Positions 31,173 through 45,764 of a stretch of DNA of 64,000 bases are shown here, piece by piece. This stretch comes from Octopus vulgaris. Taxonomy: Eukaryota. The stretch covers positions 27,838,001 through 27,902,000 of the forward strand of contig OX597833.1 of the NCBI GenBank assembly GCA_951406725.2, in the 5' to 3' direction. Both the position numbers and the translations under genes were made by a program. Each line of letters begins with the position of its first letter. Within the stretch, counting starts at the first letter, position 1. The notes under the pieces are model-generated. The model was not told the DNA's origin. It made no database searches and was given only the letters and a program-made list of their open reading frames with translations.

Positions 31173-31375
31173 GGCATGATAGATCGTTGGACACTACGCA
31201 CATTTTTTCTCTCCTTGTTTCTCTCCTTGTTTTTTCTGTATCCATTTCTGTAGAAGAGCGTAGGCTCAAAACGTAAAAGACTTTTTCTATTCCTGACCGT
31301 TATACTAACACATCTGTTTGTTTTGTACACCACTTGTCTTCGTCTTTTGTTTTTTTTTCGTAAACTCTCCCTATG
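31170..31375 (+). mobile_element. Short (TA)n-inserted element with hammerhead-like motif
   Basis: tttCTGTAGAAgagcgtaggctcAAAAcgTAaaa at 31245-31278; homologous to 16555-16750; 3' part also at 22795-22880. Confidence 0.6.
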
Positions 31376-31786
31376 TATATATATATATATTTATATATAT
31401 ATATATATACATTCATACATATATACGTATAGTAAAAAACAAAAACAAGGGAAATGCACAGGAATTTTATGTTGGACAATATGTGTTCGTGTGTGTGTGT
31501 GTGTGTGTGTGTGCATGTACGTGCGCGCCTGCGCTCACGTTTGTGTGCATATGTATATTTATTTATGAAATAGAATATTTACATAGTCAACCGGTTTTGC
31601 TAATGCTAATCATGACTAACTAGTTAGTGATAATGTTACAAATCCATGTATTCCATATAAGTAGGAGGAAGGATATTTTGTAAATGACTATCTTTCCTGC
31701 TCCTAACAGGAAATGAAACACTATGACTAGCTACTTAGTGAGGATTAGCTTAAGCAAAACTGGTGGAATATGTGAATATTTTAATA

Positions 31787-31825
<39 letters not shown>

Positions 31826-32174
31826 AACACACACGCATACATACATACTTACATACATACATACATATACACATATATGTATGTGTGTATATATATACAT
31901 ACATATATATATTCTCCAATATATAATTCACAATGTGGATTTTTCTCTAGAAACTTTTCACTATATATATATATATATATATATGAGCATTCATACTTTC
32001 ACACTTAAATTATACGTATATATGTGGGCGTGTGTGTGTGAGAGAGGGTGAGAGGAATTCAAGTTACGAACGTATGTTTACTTATGAAAAGACTCAATAA
32101 TGATGAATAAATCAAACTCATAATATTTATGTTTACTGTGACATGCACACACATGCACACTTACACACACACAT

Positions 32175-32206
<32 letters not shown>

Positions 32207-32268
32207 GCATGTATATATATATGTATATATGTATATGTGTATGTGTGTGTATATGTATATATATATAC

Positions 32269-32301
<33 letters not shown>

Positions 32302-32574
32302 TGTATGTATGTATGTATATATGAGTATGTATATATGAATGTATATAAGTATGTATATTAATGTATACGTATGTGTCTATGAATATGCGAAAAAAATTAA
32401 CGAAAAGTAAATATAATAGATTTTCGGATTTTTTAAATCGTAAAACACAAAATGTATCTAGTCCAGAATTAATTGCTTAGGATAAAATACAGAGCTTGGG
32501 GTCAATCACTCGTTAAACAAGGTACTACTTCGATATTCGTGTGTGTGAGGTGGTGCGATATAGGTATGCACATT

Positions 32575-32614
<40 letters not shown>

Positions 32615-32685
32615 GAGAGGGAGAGAGAGAGAGACATATATATACACATTATGTAAATGTATCAGTATACATGTGTGTGTGTGTG

Positions 32686-33036
32686 GAGGCGCAATGGGTG
32701 AGCAGCGGATTCGCAGTCGTGAGATCATGGTTTCGATTCCCAGCCCAGACGTTGTGAATGTTTATTGAGAGAAAACACCTAAAGCTCCACGAGGCTCCGG
32801 CAGGGGCTTGTGGCGAACCCTGCTGTACTCTTTCACCACAACTTTCTCTCATTCTTTCTTCCTGTTTCTCTTGTACCTGTATTTGAAAGGGCCAGCTTTG
32901 TCACGCTCTGTGTCACGCTGAATAAGGATACACGTATCTATGGAGTACTCAGCCACTTGCACGTTAATTTTACGAGCAGGCTGTTCCGTTGATCGGATCA
33001 ACTGGAACCCTCGACCACGTAACCGACGGAGTGCCA

Positions 33037-33037
<1 letters not shown>
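32686..33037 (+). mobile_element. tRNA-derived SINE, third family
   Basis: ggaggcgcaatgg head, B-box-like ggtttcgattccc, about 350 bp, followed by (TA)n. Confidence 0.6.
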
Positions 33038-33095
<58 letters not shown>

Positions 33096-33101
33096 ACTAT
33101 G

Positions 33102-33137
<36 letters not shown>

Positions 33138-33138
33138 T

Positions 33139-33257
<119 letters not shown>

Positions 33258-34021
33258 TAGATATAGATATAGATATGCATATTTATGTATGTATATATGC
33301 ACACGCAAAAACATACACACATACTATGTTATATATTTAAATACATCTACCAATCAAATAAATCTTGTTTGACGACTGATTGACCCTAGACCCTATATTC
33401 TATCCCAGACGATTAATAATGTATAATTTTAACCATTTAAGAACTTACAAAATCTGTCATGTTCTCCTTTCGTTTATTTCTCAATGTAGTTTCTATTATG
33501 TCTACACTATTAAGAAATAGAAGAGCAGTGATTATATCGGTGTATTGTCAGATCTATGATGAATAAATTTTTTATAATGTAGTTGCTACCAATGCGTACA
33601 CATGCAAATAATATAGATACACAGACACGCATGCATGCAGACATGCAAAAAAGTGTGACTTTATATTGCACAAGCTTTTCGATTGAGAACGTAACTCTGC
33701 ACATATACTTGTGTGTGTATATATTTTTACCGTTATTGTTTTTACGTTTTTGTATTCTTATTGGTGTCACGTATTCTGTATTTTTGTTCGTGTACTTCGT
33801 TCGTTTTCCGTCCTCGTGTTGTATACATTCGAAGCTTTCTTCCATGGGATCTAATGCGCTTGGCTTAGATTTCCCATGGCGGGCTGCCCATATCGGAGCA
33901 ATCTCAAGATTAATCAGCCGAAATTGCTAAGATGATCTGGTTCTTGACTGATGACTGAGGGCTTCGAATGGTGTTTCATGTTCTTGTCCATGTCTGTAAT
34001 TATTTTTACTGTTTACCTATG

Positions 34022-34161
<140 letters not shown>

Positions 34162-34402
34162 CATTTATACACACAAATATATATATATATATTCGTTGTT
34201 GACGCCACCCAAAGTAAAAACAATATTATCATTAAAGGCGTGAAACTGTAATGAATTTTTGAGGCAAAAACTGACGAGGAAAGTTCGTGTCCATGTCTAG
34301 TATGTGATTTTTCTGTTCATTCCTATGCCTTGATTCTGTTTAATGTGTGGAAATCATCGGAGACTTATACATACATATATATCATATAAATATGTGCGTA
34401 TG

Positions 34403-34435
<33 letters not shown>

Positions 34436-34642
34436 ATATGTATATAAAAAACAGAAAGTGGTAAAATTTATTTGTATTATTTATTTACCGTTGCCCGTGT
34501 TTCATTTGCTAACAAAAATTACATACTGGATAGACATGTAAGAGATTTGCTATTAGAAATTCTTTAGACTGAGAAATTAAATAATCCAAACTTTTACATT
34601 TGGATGACGCGTTTATATTTAGTTAGCATACGCACGCACACG

Positions 34643-34696
<54 letters not shown>

Positions 34697-35253
34697 TATA
34701 CAAATTTTCCTAAACATATTTACGCACATATACATATACATACACAGTCACTCATACGTAAGTTCATATACATAAGCATTTACATACATATACACATACA
34801 TACATACACACATACATACATACATACATACATACATACATACATACATACATACATACATACATACATCATCACACGCTAAATTTGAAAGATAGTTACA
34901 GATTGGATCAAAAGCGATTTTGACATTTTATTTTCTTGCTTCAGTCATTTGACTGTGGCCATGAGAAAAAAATACAAATATTTGTATCAAAAATATATAA
35001 ATAAAAAAAAGCAATAAAACACAACTTTTTCATGGGAAGAAGAGATGTAGATATAATATAGATATAAGTGTGAATACTATTTCATGAAAACAAAAGGAAC
35101 AAAAGTAATTTTTTAAAAATAGTTAATAACAATTTTACGTCTCTGTGAATAGACACACATACAAACACATACAAACATATACATACAATATACGCTTATA
35201 TTTTGTTGTACATAACTGCAGCATCTAAAACAGTGCACACACACACACACACG

Positions 35254-35287
<34 letters not shown>

Positions 35288-35756
35288 CACATAAACCCAA
35301 AAAGTTTATAGTTGTTATTTTCCTAACCGAAAATATTTTTAACAATCAGATGAAGTAAGCTCTATTTAGCACTTTATGATCATGTGTTTGGTTACAGACA
35401 ACGAAGATGTACAAACATTACAGATATAAGAACTGATAGATATATAGATATATCTCATATATTATACATATATATTTATATACACAAAATATATATACCC
35501 ACATATGCATTCATTTTATTGTAATACGCATGTGCAATTACAAAGATAAGTAAGAGTATATTTTGGTAATCGTGTGCATGTATGAACATGAAGAAACTTT
35601 GATTATGTGCATATATATATCCTCACAAAAGTGTATATATACACTCACACATACATGGACACACATATACACGCATCTATCTATCTATCTATCTATATAT
35701 ATATATATATATATGTATGTATATATGTACATATACACACACGAACACACATACAC

Positions 35757-35798
<42 letters not shown>

Positions 35799-35849
35799 AC
35801 ATACATCCACACATACATACTCATATACATATATATGTATATGATCTAT

Positions 35850-35892
<43 letters not shown>

Positions 35893-36160
35893 CATATATA
35901 TACATATTTTACATATATTACATATATATACATATGTATAAATATATATACATTCATATATCTACATGCATAAACATACATACACAATTATATACATATA
36001 TATATACATACGCAAACACAGACAACTGTGTATATGCATATATACATGCACACGTTATATATTACTGCATATTTGATTACCACACAAAAATAGATAAAAT
36101 ATGTATACATATACACTAACCCACAAACACGCACACACACATCCATAGCAACACATATAT

Positions 36161-36547
36161 ATCGTTGCCATTATGTTAAACTATCGTATGTCCAAATTTG
36201 GCCAAATGCGTGTTTTTTTCTTCAGTATTTAATTTTGCTAGCAATAGCCAGTTCTTTTGATCAAGCTATCATATCTCCAGCTGCTTCAGATGCCATAATA
36301 TGAAAATTGTCAAAGTGTAATAAATTTCAAAAGTGTAATAAGTCCCACATACGACAGTTTTGCAAAAATATTTCTGACTGAAAATATCATACAGGCATGG
36401 AGTTACGATTTTATGCGCCCAACTAGGTATTACTGTTCAGCTGAAACTGTTGCTAATGTAATATGAAATGGAATGGTGAAACTATTTTTTCGTTTTCTGA
36501 AGAAGCAACGTTTTGGACTTGCGACACTTTTGCATAATAGCAACGAT
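36161..36547. mobile_element. MITE-like element with ~36 bp imperfect TIRs, superfamily unassigned
   Basis: atcgttgccattatgttaaactatcgtatgtccaaa versus reverse complement atcgttgctattatgcaaaagtgtcgcaagtccaaa. Confidence 0.75.
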
Positions 36548-36643
36548 TTATGCGTGAGTGTGTGTGCGTATATATATATATATATATATACAATATATAA
36601 ATATATGCATATATACATGCATATATGTTGCACTATATATATA

Positions 36644-36768
<125 letters not shown>

Positions 36769-36888
36769 GTTTACAGACTATACTGTTTCATTAAGAGAAA
36801 TATAATGAAACAGTATATAGAAGCTATATAATAAATTATTTTATATATGTATTGAGTACCTACTACTATAACCCCGAATCAACCCGGG

Positions 36889-36992
<104 letters not shown>

Positions 36993-37194
36993 GCATATAT
37001 GGGTATAGGACAACAAAAAAACGTGACAGAATGAGAAACGAAAACATAAATAACAAAAACATAGAAAACGAACTTTGTTTCAAACAACGAAAAAAAACAG
37101 AGTAATAAGACATACAAAACAAAGAATATTCCCTTCATCAGTTGTCCCCTGTTCTATCTACTCACCGTTTCGAAGGTATATATGTGTATACATG

Positions 37195-37240
<46 letters not shown>

Positions 37241-37254
37241 AATATACACGCGTA

Positions 37255-37296
<42 letters not shown>

Positions 37297-37584
37297 TATA
37301 ATGCACATGTGTATGTACATAGCGAGATAGATAGATACTAGCTAGAGAGAGAGAGAGAGATGCAAGCACATATATATATACGCACGCATACACGTATACC
37401 TATATGAACCTATACACACATATATACATACGCATATACACAGACACATGCACAGATAAAAAAAACATTCACACTTAATCATGTTTTGATATACATAGAC
37501 AGGAAATAGTCATATTCACACGTATAGGTACACACATACACATATGTGTGTGTATTCCCACATGCATACATACATACATATACG

Positions 37585-37694
<110 letters not shown>

Positions 37695-37849
37695 TATACA
37701 TATAGCCACATATATATCTATGCATATATACATATATGTAGGTATGTATGCATTTATGTACGTGTCTGTGTGTATGTTTGTAATATATGTGTGTATATAG
37801 AGCGGAAGATTTACAAATATATGCATATATATATAGAATATAGATATAG

Positions 37850-37918
<69 letters not shown>

Positions 37919-38349
37919 GTGTGTGTGTGCGTATGTATGTATGTATGTATGTATGTATGTATGTATGTATGTATGTATGTATGTATGTATGTATGTATGT
38001 ATGTATGAATACATTCATATAGAGATATGTAAGTAAGTATGGGTATATATGTGTGCGTATCTAAATATTGCGTCTCTGTTTCTGTGTGTTAACGTATAGA
38101 TGTGTATATGTATTGAAATATCTATTTTTGTATAATTATACTCTATTCGTACGTGTATGCACATATCTACTTATATGCTGACATGTTTGTATGCGTCTAT
38201 ATTTGAGCTCCGCGGGTGCGACTATGCATGCTGTAATGTGTCCATACAACAAATCTTGCTAACATTCCAAGCCATTTGAAGTGGGAGGGATGCTTGCGCT
38301 TGTTTCTTTTCTTTGTTTTTTTTGTTTTGGTTTCATTTTTATTTTAACA

Positions 38350-38478
38350 GCATCACGTCACGTGACGTCATTTTTCATTCTCATCACGTGATCGAAGTGG
38401 CTCAAATGTAATTCAGATTGCTCTTTACGGATGAAAATATTGTTGCATACTTCTTAATTTGGTGACTCATTGCAAGAT
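38350..38478. promoter_or_regulatory. bHLH-ZIP/bZIP site cluster
   Basis: GTCACGTGAC 38357-38366 overlapping TGACGTCA 38363-38370; ATCACGTGAT 38383-38392; TGACTCA 38463-38469. Confidence 0.4.
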
Positions 38479-39461
38479 TCTAGATTTACACAAATAGATA
38501 CACACACAAACGCACACACGCACGCACACACATTCACATTCACACACACACACACACACACAAACAAATTTATATTGATACATCTATTTTATGAACATAT
38601 ACCTCTATGTGTATATGTATTTCTGTATGTATATAAACTTATATATAACCGTATGTATATATACATATACACTCATATACATACACCCTCATCAGAGGCC
38701 AGTGCCAGAGCCGGAAACGGCAGCGGCTAGCCAGGCACACACGAATACGCCGGCTGGTGGCTAGGGAAGCAGAACGGTAATATTGGGTAGTCGGTTGAGA
38801 GCCGGTCTACCGGGTAGCTGGAACCAGGCTCATCCCCGACCTGGTGTTTCGCAGTTCTGACGAGATAGTTGTGTTACGGTACGATACGAGCAAGGCACGG
38901 CGCTGCACGGTGCAGCTCGTGAGAAGGAACGGAAATAAGAGCCGCTGATCTCTTTTCTCGGACGAGAGCTAGGCTTGCCGGTATAGGTGTTCGGCTGTCC
39001 AGTAGGGGCCTGCGGCACGTGGAGCCGCGAGGTTGAAAGGACGCTGGCATTGCTGCAAGTTCACGACAAGGCCTTCATGCGACTACTGAGCAGAACCACA
39101 ATGCTCTGTAGGTACAGCATGTTGAAGGACTGATCCCCGCGAGGGTGATCATTCGGTGAGATTGGGTTGCTGATTACTATAGGGTTGAAGGTGTGTCTTC
39201 CCCCATGCGAGCGTTGGCGTCGCTGCCAGGGTTCCCACCGCTGGATCCATCGGGCAGTGACAGTGTGTAGTAGTTCGACGAGAATGTAATCAGTGACACT
39301 CTGACCATCTGCAGTGCACCGTAGGTCAAGCCGTCGGTCCCGATGCGTGTTGCGCGTATATACACACACACATACACACACACACGCACACATATATATA
39401 TAATCATGTATATATATATGTATGTACCTATCGATCTATCGATCTATACTCACACACACAC

Positions 39462-39527
<66 letters not shown>

Positions 39528-40028
39528 TTATACATAGTGTTAAGTAAATATAAGAAAATGGAGAAGAAATATAGTGGATACTTATTTAATTCTGTTTCTA
39601 TCAGATAATGTAATACAAATAAAATTTAAACAGAATCAACATAAGAAGAAATAATCAATGAAGATGCCAACACTTGTCCAGTCCGGCCACTAGGTGGACA
39701 TCGCTTCAGATCATCGTGATTCGAACCATGTTAGATGTAAAAGAACCCCACAGTGTGTCCGGATTTCATCAGGGCGAAATTTCTTACGTATTGGGGATGA
39801 ATAACAAGTAAGATTCATGAGGATGGTATTTTCAAATATTCAAATAACGGAAACAATATTGGGGGGAGGTAGTGGGGGGGATATTATTGAATGAAAATCT
39901 TACTGTAATACTATGATGTATTTGTAAACTATACTGTTATAGGTGTTAAGGGACATAAAGTAGTCATTTAAGTAGAATAATGGAAATAAACATAATTGAT
40001 GTGGGATATAAGATATACATATATACAA

Positions 40029-40059
<31 letters not shown>

Positions 40060-40090
40060 TACATACATATATATATACATATATAAACAT

Positions 40091-40139
<49 letters not shown>

Positions 40140-40222
40140 TATATGCATATATATATACATATATACATATATGTGTGTGTGTATGTGTGTGTATGTATGT
40201 ATGTATCAGTGTATACACACAC

Positions 40223-40297
<75 letters not shown>

Positions 40298-40310
40298 GAG
40301 AGAGATACCT

Positions 40311-41087
40311 AATAAGAAAATGAAGAGGATAATCAATCGACAAACTTCAGCCTGTAAACATTCATTTACATTCATTTGGATCTATTTATTAATTAATTAA
40401 TTAATTAATTACAATCATATGTATAAGTAATCAGAATAAATAAACAATTAAACAAGTAAATAAATAGATAAAAATAAATCAATGAATAAGAATGAGTGAA
40501 AAAATACTAAACTCTTACAGCTGTTTCTACTTTGGGTGTTGTCCAATTTGCCAAGGTTTCTACATCATACCAGTAATATACAGGGATTGTACAAAGGTTG
40601 AACAAACATTGGACAATAATTGAGCCCCAAAGCTTCATCAGAGACCATAATGTTAGGAATCTAACATGTGAGGAAGTAAGGTAAAATAATAAAACAAAAT
40701 AATAAAATAATAAAAATAGTAAGGAATGGGAAAAAAAGTCACTTCCAAGGTAATATCCATAATTTATGGGATTACATCTTATGGTAAAGAAAGTCACTTT
40801 CTTTACCAGAAGCAATTTCCATAGGTTATGAGAGTTACATCCTATTTCCATTTACTGGGGGAAATAACAATGGTAAGACGTTGTGCAGTGACTTAAACTC
40901 ACTTCACACCTGTAAGAGTTTAGTATTTTTCACTCATCTATTCATTTTTATTTATTTATTTACTTGTTTATTTGCTTATTTATTTCGATTACTTATACAT
41001 ATGATTGTAATTAATTAATACATAGAACCAAATGAATGTTTACAGGCTGAAGTTTGTCGATTGATTATCCTCTCCATTTTCTTATTT
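40311..41087. mobile_element. Foldback (Penelope-like) element: ~180-210 bp inverted arms enclosing a hammerhead
   Basis: Arms 40311-40521 and 40910-41087 are reverse complements with indels. Confidence 0.85.
40513..40644 (-). ncRNA. Type I hammerhead ribozyme with long stem II
   Basis: Minus strand tct-CTGATGA-a-gctttggg...ttgtccaat...attggacaa...cccaaagt-a-GAAA-cagctg-TA-aga. Confidence 0.7.
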
Positions 41088-41265
41088 GCCTTATAAATTC
41101 TGGGTAAATTTCTGCTTTACCCCCCACTCATACCTATTATTCAATTGCAATACTGCCCTGCAACAGTAAGCACTTGGATATAAATACGTAGGTATACATC
41201 CAGTAGTATATTGGATATTTATTATCCCTTAGATGGTTGTTTAACCTCTAACTCATATAGATGTG

Positions 41266-41309
<44 letters not shown>

Positions 41310-42839
41310 CATACATACATATACATATATACATATGTATGTATAAAGGTATATATACATACATGTATTATGTATGTATGTACGTATGTATGTATGTATG
41401 TGTGTATGTATGTATGTATGTATGTATGTATGTATGTATGTACGTATGTATGTATGTATGTATATATGTATGTATGTATGTACGTATGTATGTATTATAA
41501 ATGGTGAAATATACATCAGGGTTGCTGTACACCATGTAGAAACTACCGAACCTGCTTAAAGCTATTGGCAGCTCTTCTCCAGATGGTGACTAAAGCTAAC
41601 ACGATATTAGGAACGGTTCCGAGATTATTTCAGAAGCATAACCGTTCGCTTCTTCGCTTGTACTCCTCGCTTGCGTGGGCAGGGAGAACAGAATGAGGCT
41701 TCGCCTGTTACAGAATGGTTCCATTTGCGTTCTCTTGTCAGCCAGAACCACCTTCAACTCTTTGGGGCTGCCATGGCTATCTTCTTGACGGCTTTCTTCA
41801 GTTGTTAGTGTACCTAACCGATTTTCTCCAATAGAATTATGGAGCTTGCTGGGTAACTGCAATAACCAACTCCAATGGGGAATGAGGTTACATACCATCC
41901 ATCTATTGAAAGGGTTTCACCAACTAAGGCCTGATATTTGGCTTTCTTCAGTTAGTAAAAAATGTCAAGCTTGTTTTCCAAGAACATTGCGAGCTCAGCC
42001 CTGACTTTTGAGTTTGTGTTCCTGATTAAAAGGAGCAAGACATTCCTCATTAAGATGGACATGTTGACAACTCTTCCGAAAAGATCAATCTACCCTTCAG
42101 ATCCACCTCCACTGAACTCTCCAAAACTGGTAGCTCCTACTTCCCCTCTTAACCTACATCTCCGTAGCTAGCGCACCAACTGCTTTCATCTTGCCACTGT
42201 CCCTGAGGTGATTATACATAATAAGTAATCATAGTTTAACGATACATGCAGTAGTAGAAGAGACAGTTGTAATGGTGCTGGTAGTAATCAGTGACAATAA
42301 TGTGTTAGTAAGCGAGAAAATAGGTTGATTAGTCGCATATATATCACATACACGTCACATATGCATACACACACACATATACACATATCTAAACATATAT
42401 ATTATCTCTCTCTCTCTCTATATATATATATATACGCATTTATATATGTATATGTATGTATCTATGTTTGTGTGTATATATTTATGTATATTTGTATGCA
42501 TATAAACAGTTCACAGCAGTTGCAAGATTCATTACAGTATGAATAAATAAACACAGGTGCTCTTTGCACTACCACATACATAATTATATGCGCATATGCA
42601 TACACGCTACTAAACAACTGTACATAAACATACATGTCTAAGTATGTATGCATGGATGTATGGATAAATGCTTGTATGAATGTATGTATGTATGCATGCA
42701 TGCATGTGTATATGTATGTATGCACAAACACAGAATAACGATTATACATATCTATCCTATATAAGAGTATACACATGCTTGTACTTGCTTAAACTCACGT
42801 ACAGTGTACAGTTATTCAGTGGTGTGTATGTTTGTGCGC

Positions 42840-42876
<37 letters not shown>

Positions 42877-43068
42877 TTTTATTCTTCTATTTGTTTCAGT
42901 CATAGCAGCCATGCTAGAGCACCGCCTTTAGTCGAACAAATCGACCCCAGAACTTATGCTTTGTAAGCCTAGTCTTTTTTGCCGAACTGCTAAGTTACGG
43001 GGATGTAAACACACCCGCATCGGTTGTCATGGTGGGAGGACAAACACAGACACACAAACACAGACACA

Positions 43069-43113
<45 letters not shown>

Positions 43114-43122
43114 GCACAAACA

Positions 43123-43172
<50 letters not shown>

Positions 43173-43440
43173 TATATCAATGTTTCTAAAAGTATAGAAG
43201 TGAGTGCAGAGAGGAGATCTACGTTTCATTATTCTTGCACTGCTAAATTTTGCAACAGCGAAATATAAACATACGTGTGCGTGAGCAGGAATGTATGTAT
43301 GTATGTATGTATGAATGTATGTATGTATGTATGTATGTATGTATGTATGTATGTATGTGTTATGTATGTATGTATGTACGTATGTATGTATGTATGTATG
43401 TATGTATGTATGTATGTATGTATGTTTGTATGTATGTATG

Positions 43441-43483
<43 letters not shown>

Positions 43484-43732
43484 ACAATTTAATAAATAAA
43501 ACATATGCATACATATATGTACATACCTACATCTATATGTATATATACATGCATATATGAGCACAGGACACCACAAATTAACGTAGAACACAACGAGAAA
43601 CGAAAACATAAAATCAAACAAGGAAACGGACTTCTTTTAACAACGAAAAAACAGAGTACAAGACAAACAATACAAGGAATATACCCCTTCTTCAGCTGCC
43701 CCTGTTTCGACTCATATATATATATATATATA

Positions 43733-43955
43733 CGAGGGGCAATTGGAAAGTTCCTGGCTTTAAGGGTTTCGGCGAAAGGGCTGGCTGGAGGCTCAAGCTT
43801 CCGAGTTCTTTTCTTTTTCAGGGCTTAGAAAAACTGAAGGGCCGCTGAAATAAATGTATGCGTCTAAGAAGGGAACTTGTTAAGTAAAATCATAATTAAC
43901 TGATACTCTTGTATTTTCTTTTACCATTAGCCAGAAACTTTTCAGCACCTCCCGG
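43733..43955 (+). mobile_element. Mariner-derived MITE, second copy
   Basis: TA|cgagggg...gaaagttcctggct / agccagaaacttttcagcacctcccgg|TA; aligns with 4729-4948. Confidence 0.8.
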
Positions 43956-44152
43956 TATATAAACGTGTATTTATGTATCCATATATCTATAAACCAATAC
44001 ATTTCTTTTATGTGTTTCAAACACGCGGATGCGCTCATGCTGGAGCACAAATAGGTGAATGCATATGCATGTATAACTTTTTTAATGTATGCATACACAC
44101 GTATATATACATACATATATATGGGTGTGTGTGAAGGTATACGTGTGCGTAT

Positions 44153-44199
<47 letters not shown>

Positions 44200-44201
<2 letters not shown>

Positions 44202-44608
44202 GCAGGTGTGGCTGTGTGGTAAGAAATTCGCTTCCCAACCACATGGTTCTGGTGTCAGTTCCATTGCGTGACACGTTGCACAAGTGTCTTGTATAGCCTC
44301 GGGGCGACCAAAGTTTGTGAGTGGATTTGGTAGACGGAAACTGAAAGAAGCCCATCGTATATGTGTGTGAGTGTGTGTGTGTCAGTTCTGTGTCTGCGTT
44401 TGTTTTTGTCACTCTACCATCTCTTGACAACCGATGTTGGTGTGTTTACGTCCCCGTAACTTAGCGGTTCGGCAAAACTGACCGATAGAATAAGTACTAG
44501 GCTTTCAAAGAATAAATCCTGGGGTCGATTTGTTCGACTAAAGGCGGTGCTCCAGCAAGGCCCCAGTCAAATGACTGAAACAAGTGAAAGATTAAAAAAG
44601 CAAAAGAA
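44200..44608 (+). mobile_element. SINE family A, full length
   Basis: Head, short internal (TG) spacer and a well preserved tail. Confidence 0.9.
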
Positions 44609-44734
44609 TACACACACACACATGCTTGTATTTGTGTATTTATATTCTATTATGACTTTTGGTTATTTTTTAAATGATTTTAAGTATTGAGGGGCTTTTA
44701 TTATGTGCTAAACAGAGGTGCAACAGATTAGAAA

Positions 44735-45172
44735 TATCAGTTTTAAATGTTGGCTCAAAGCCAGCAATTCAGAATGAGGAGGTAAGTCGATTATATTCCC
44801 CCGGGTTCTAACGATTTTGTCAGCTCGCCGCCTTAATAATCATTTCTACTATAGGCACAAGGCCTAAAATTTGGGGAAGGGGGAGTAGTCGATTACATCG
44901 ACACCAGGACTCAACTGGTAATTAAATTTATCGACCCCGAAATGATGAAAGGCAAAGTCGACCGCGGCAGAATTTGGACTCAGAACGTAGTGACGGGTGA
45001 AATACCGCCAAGCATTTCGCCCTGCGTGCTAACGATTCTGCCAGCTCGCCGCCTTATTAATAATAATAATTCTTTCTACTGGAAGCACAAGGCCTCGAAT
45101 TTGGGGGAAGAGATTAAGACGATTACATTGACCCCAGTGTGTAACTGGGGCTAAAGACTCTGCCAGCTCGCC
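44735..45172 (-). mobile_element. Cluster of SINE family B copies (one full, two internally deleted)
   Basis: Three ...cagctcgcc.cc heads (~44830, ~45050, ~45170) separated by short (TAA)n. Confidence 0.85.
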
Positions 45173-45175
45173 ACC

Positions 45176-45554
45176 GTCCCTTAGTGGCTGACGATACGTA
45201 CATCTCTGATCACGAGTAGTGGGGGAGAATCATAGCCATGTGTTGAGAGGAATTCTTTGGGCTTTGGATAATTCACCTCTGGCAACAAGGGTGTTTCGTT
45301 CAACATCCTCAAACAACCCTTATTCAGAGATATTTTGAGCGGGATGGGCTACTTGATCTGAAGAAAATTCTAATGGGCCCCCCACTGCAGGGTCATGTGC
45401 TGTTAATCTTGATATGAAAGTACTATGTCACGCACATATAGTTGTGATGCATGTGCCTAGTGTACCCTTACCAGACGAGTAGTCATGATGGGTATGCTGG
45501 GCTTCGTATATTTTACCCAGTGTCACTTTTATGGCATGCACTGCTCTCTCACTC
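45176..45554 (+). mobile_element. 5' truncated copy of the (TAA)n-tailed element at 60810-61330
   Basis: Aligns to the reverse complement of 60810-61160; ends ctgctctctcactc followed by (TAA)n. Confidence 0.85.
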
Positions 45555-45597
45555 AGTAATAATAATAATAATAATAATAACAACAATAATAATAATA

Positions 45598-45686
<89 letters not shown>

Positions 45687-45729
45687 AAGAAGAAGAATGA
45701 CAATAATAAGAATAAGAATAATAATAAGG

Positions 45730-45764
<35 letters not shown>

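Noticed and set aside
39585-39776. Minus-strand CTGATGA...GAAA in an element whose end resembles 40311
   Set aside because: Stem III and stem I cannot be formed; at most a decayed relative.
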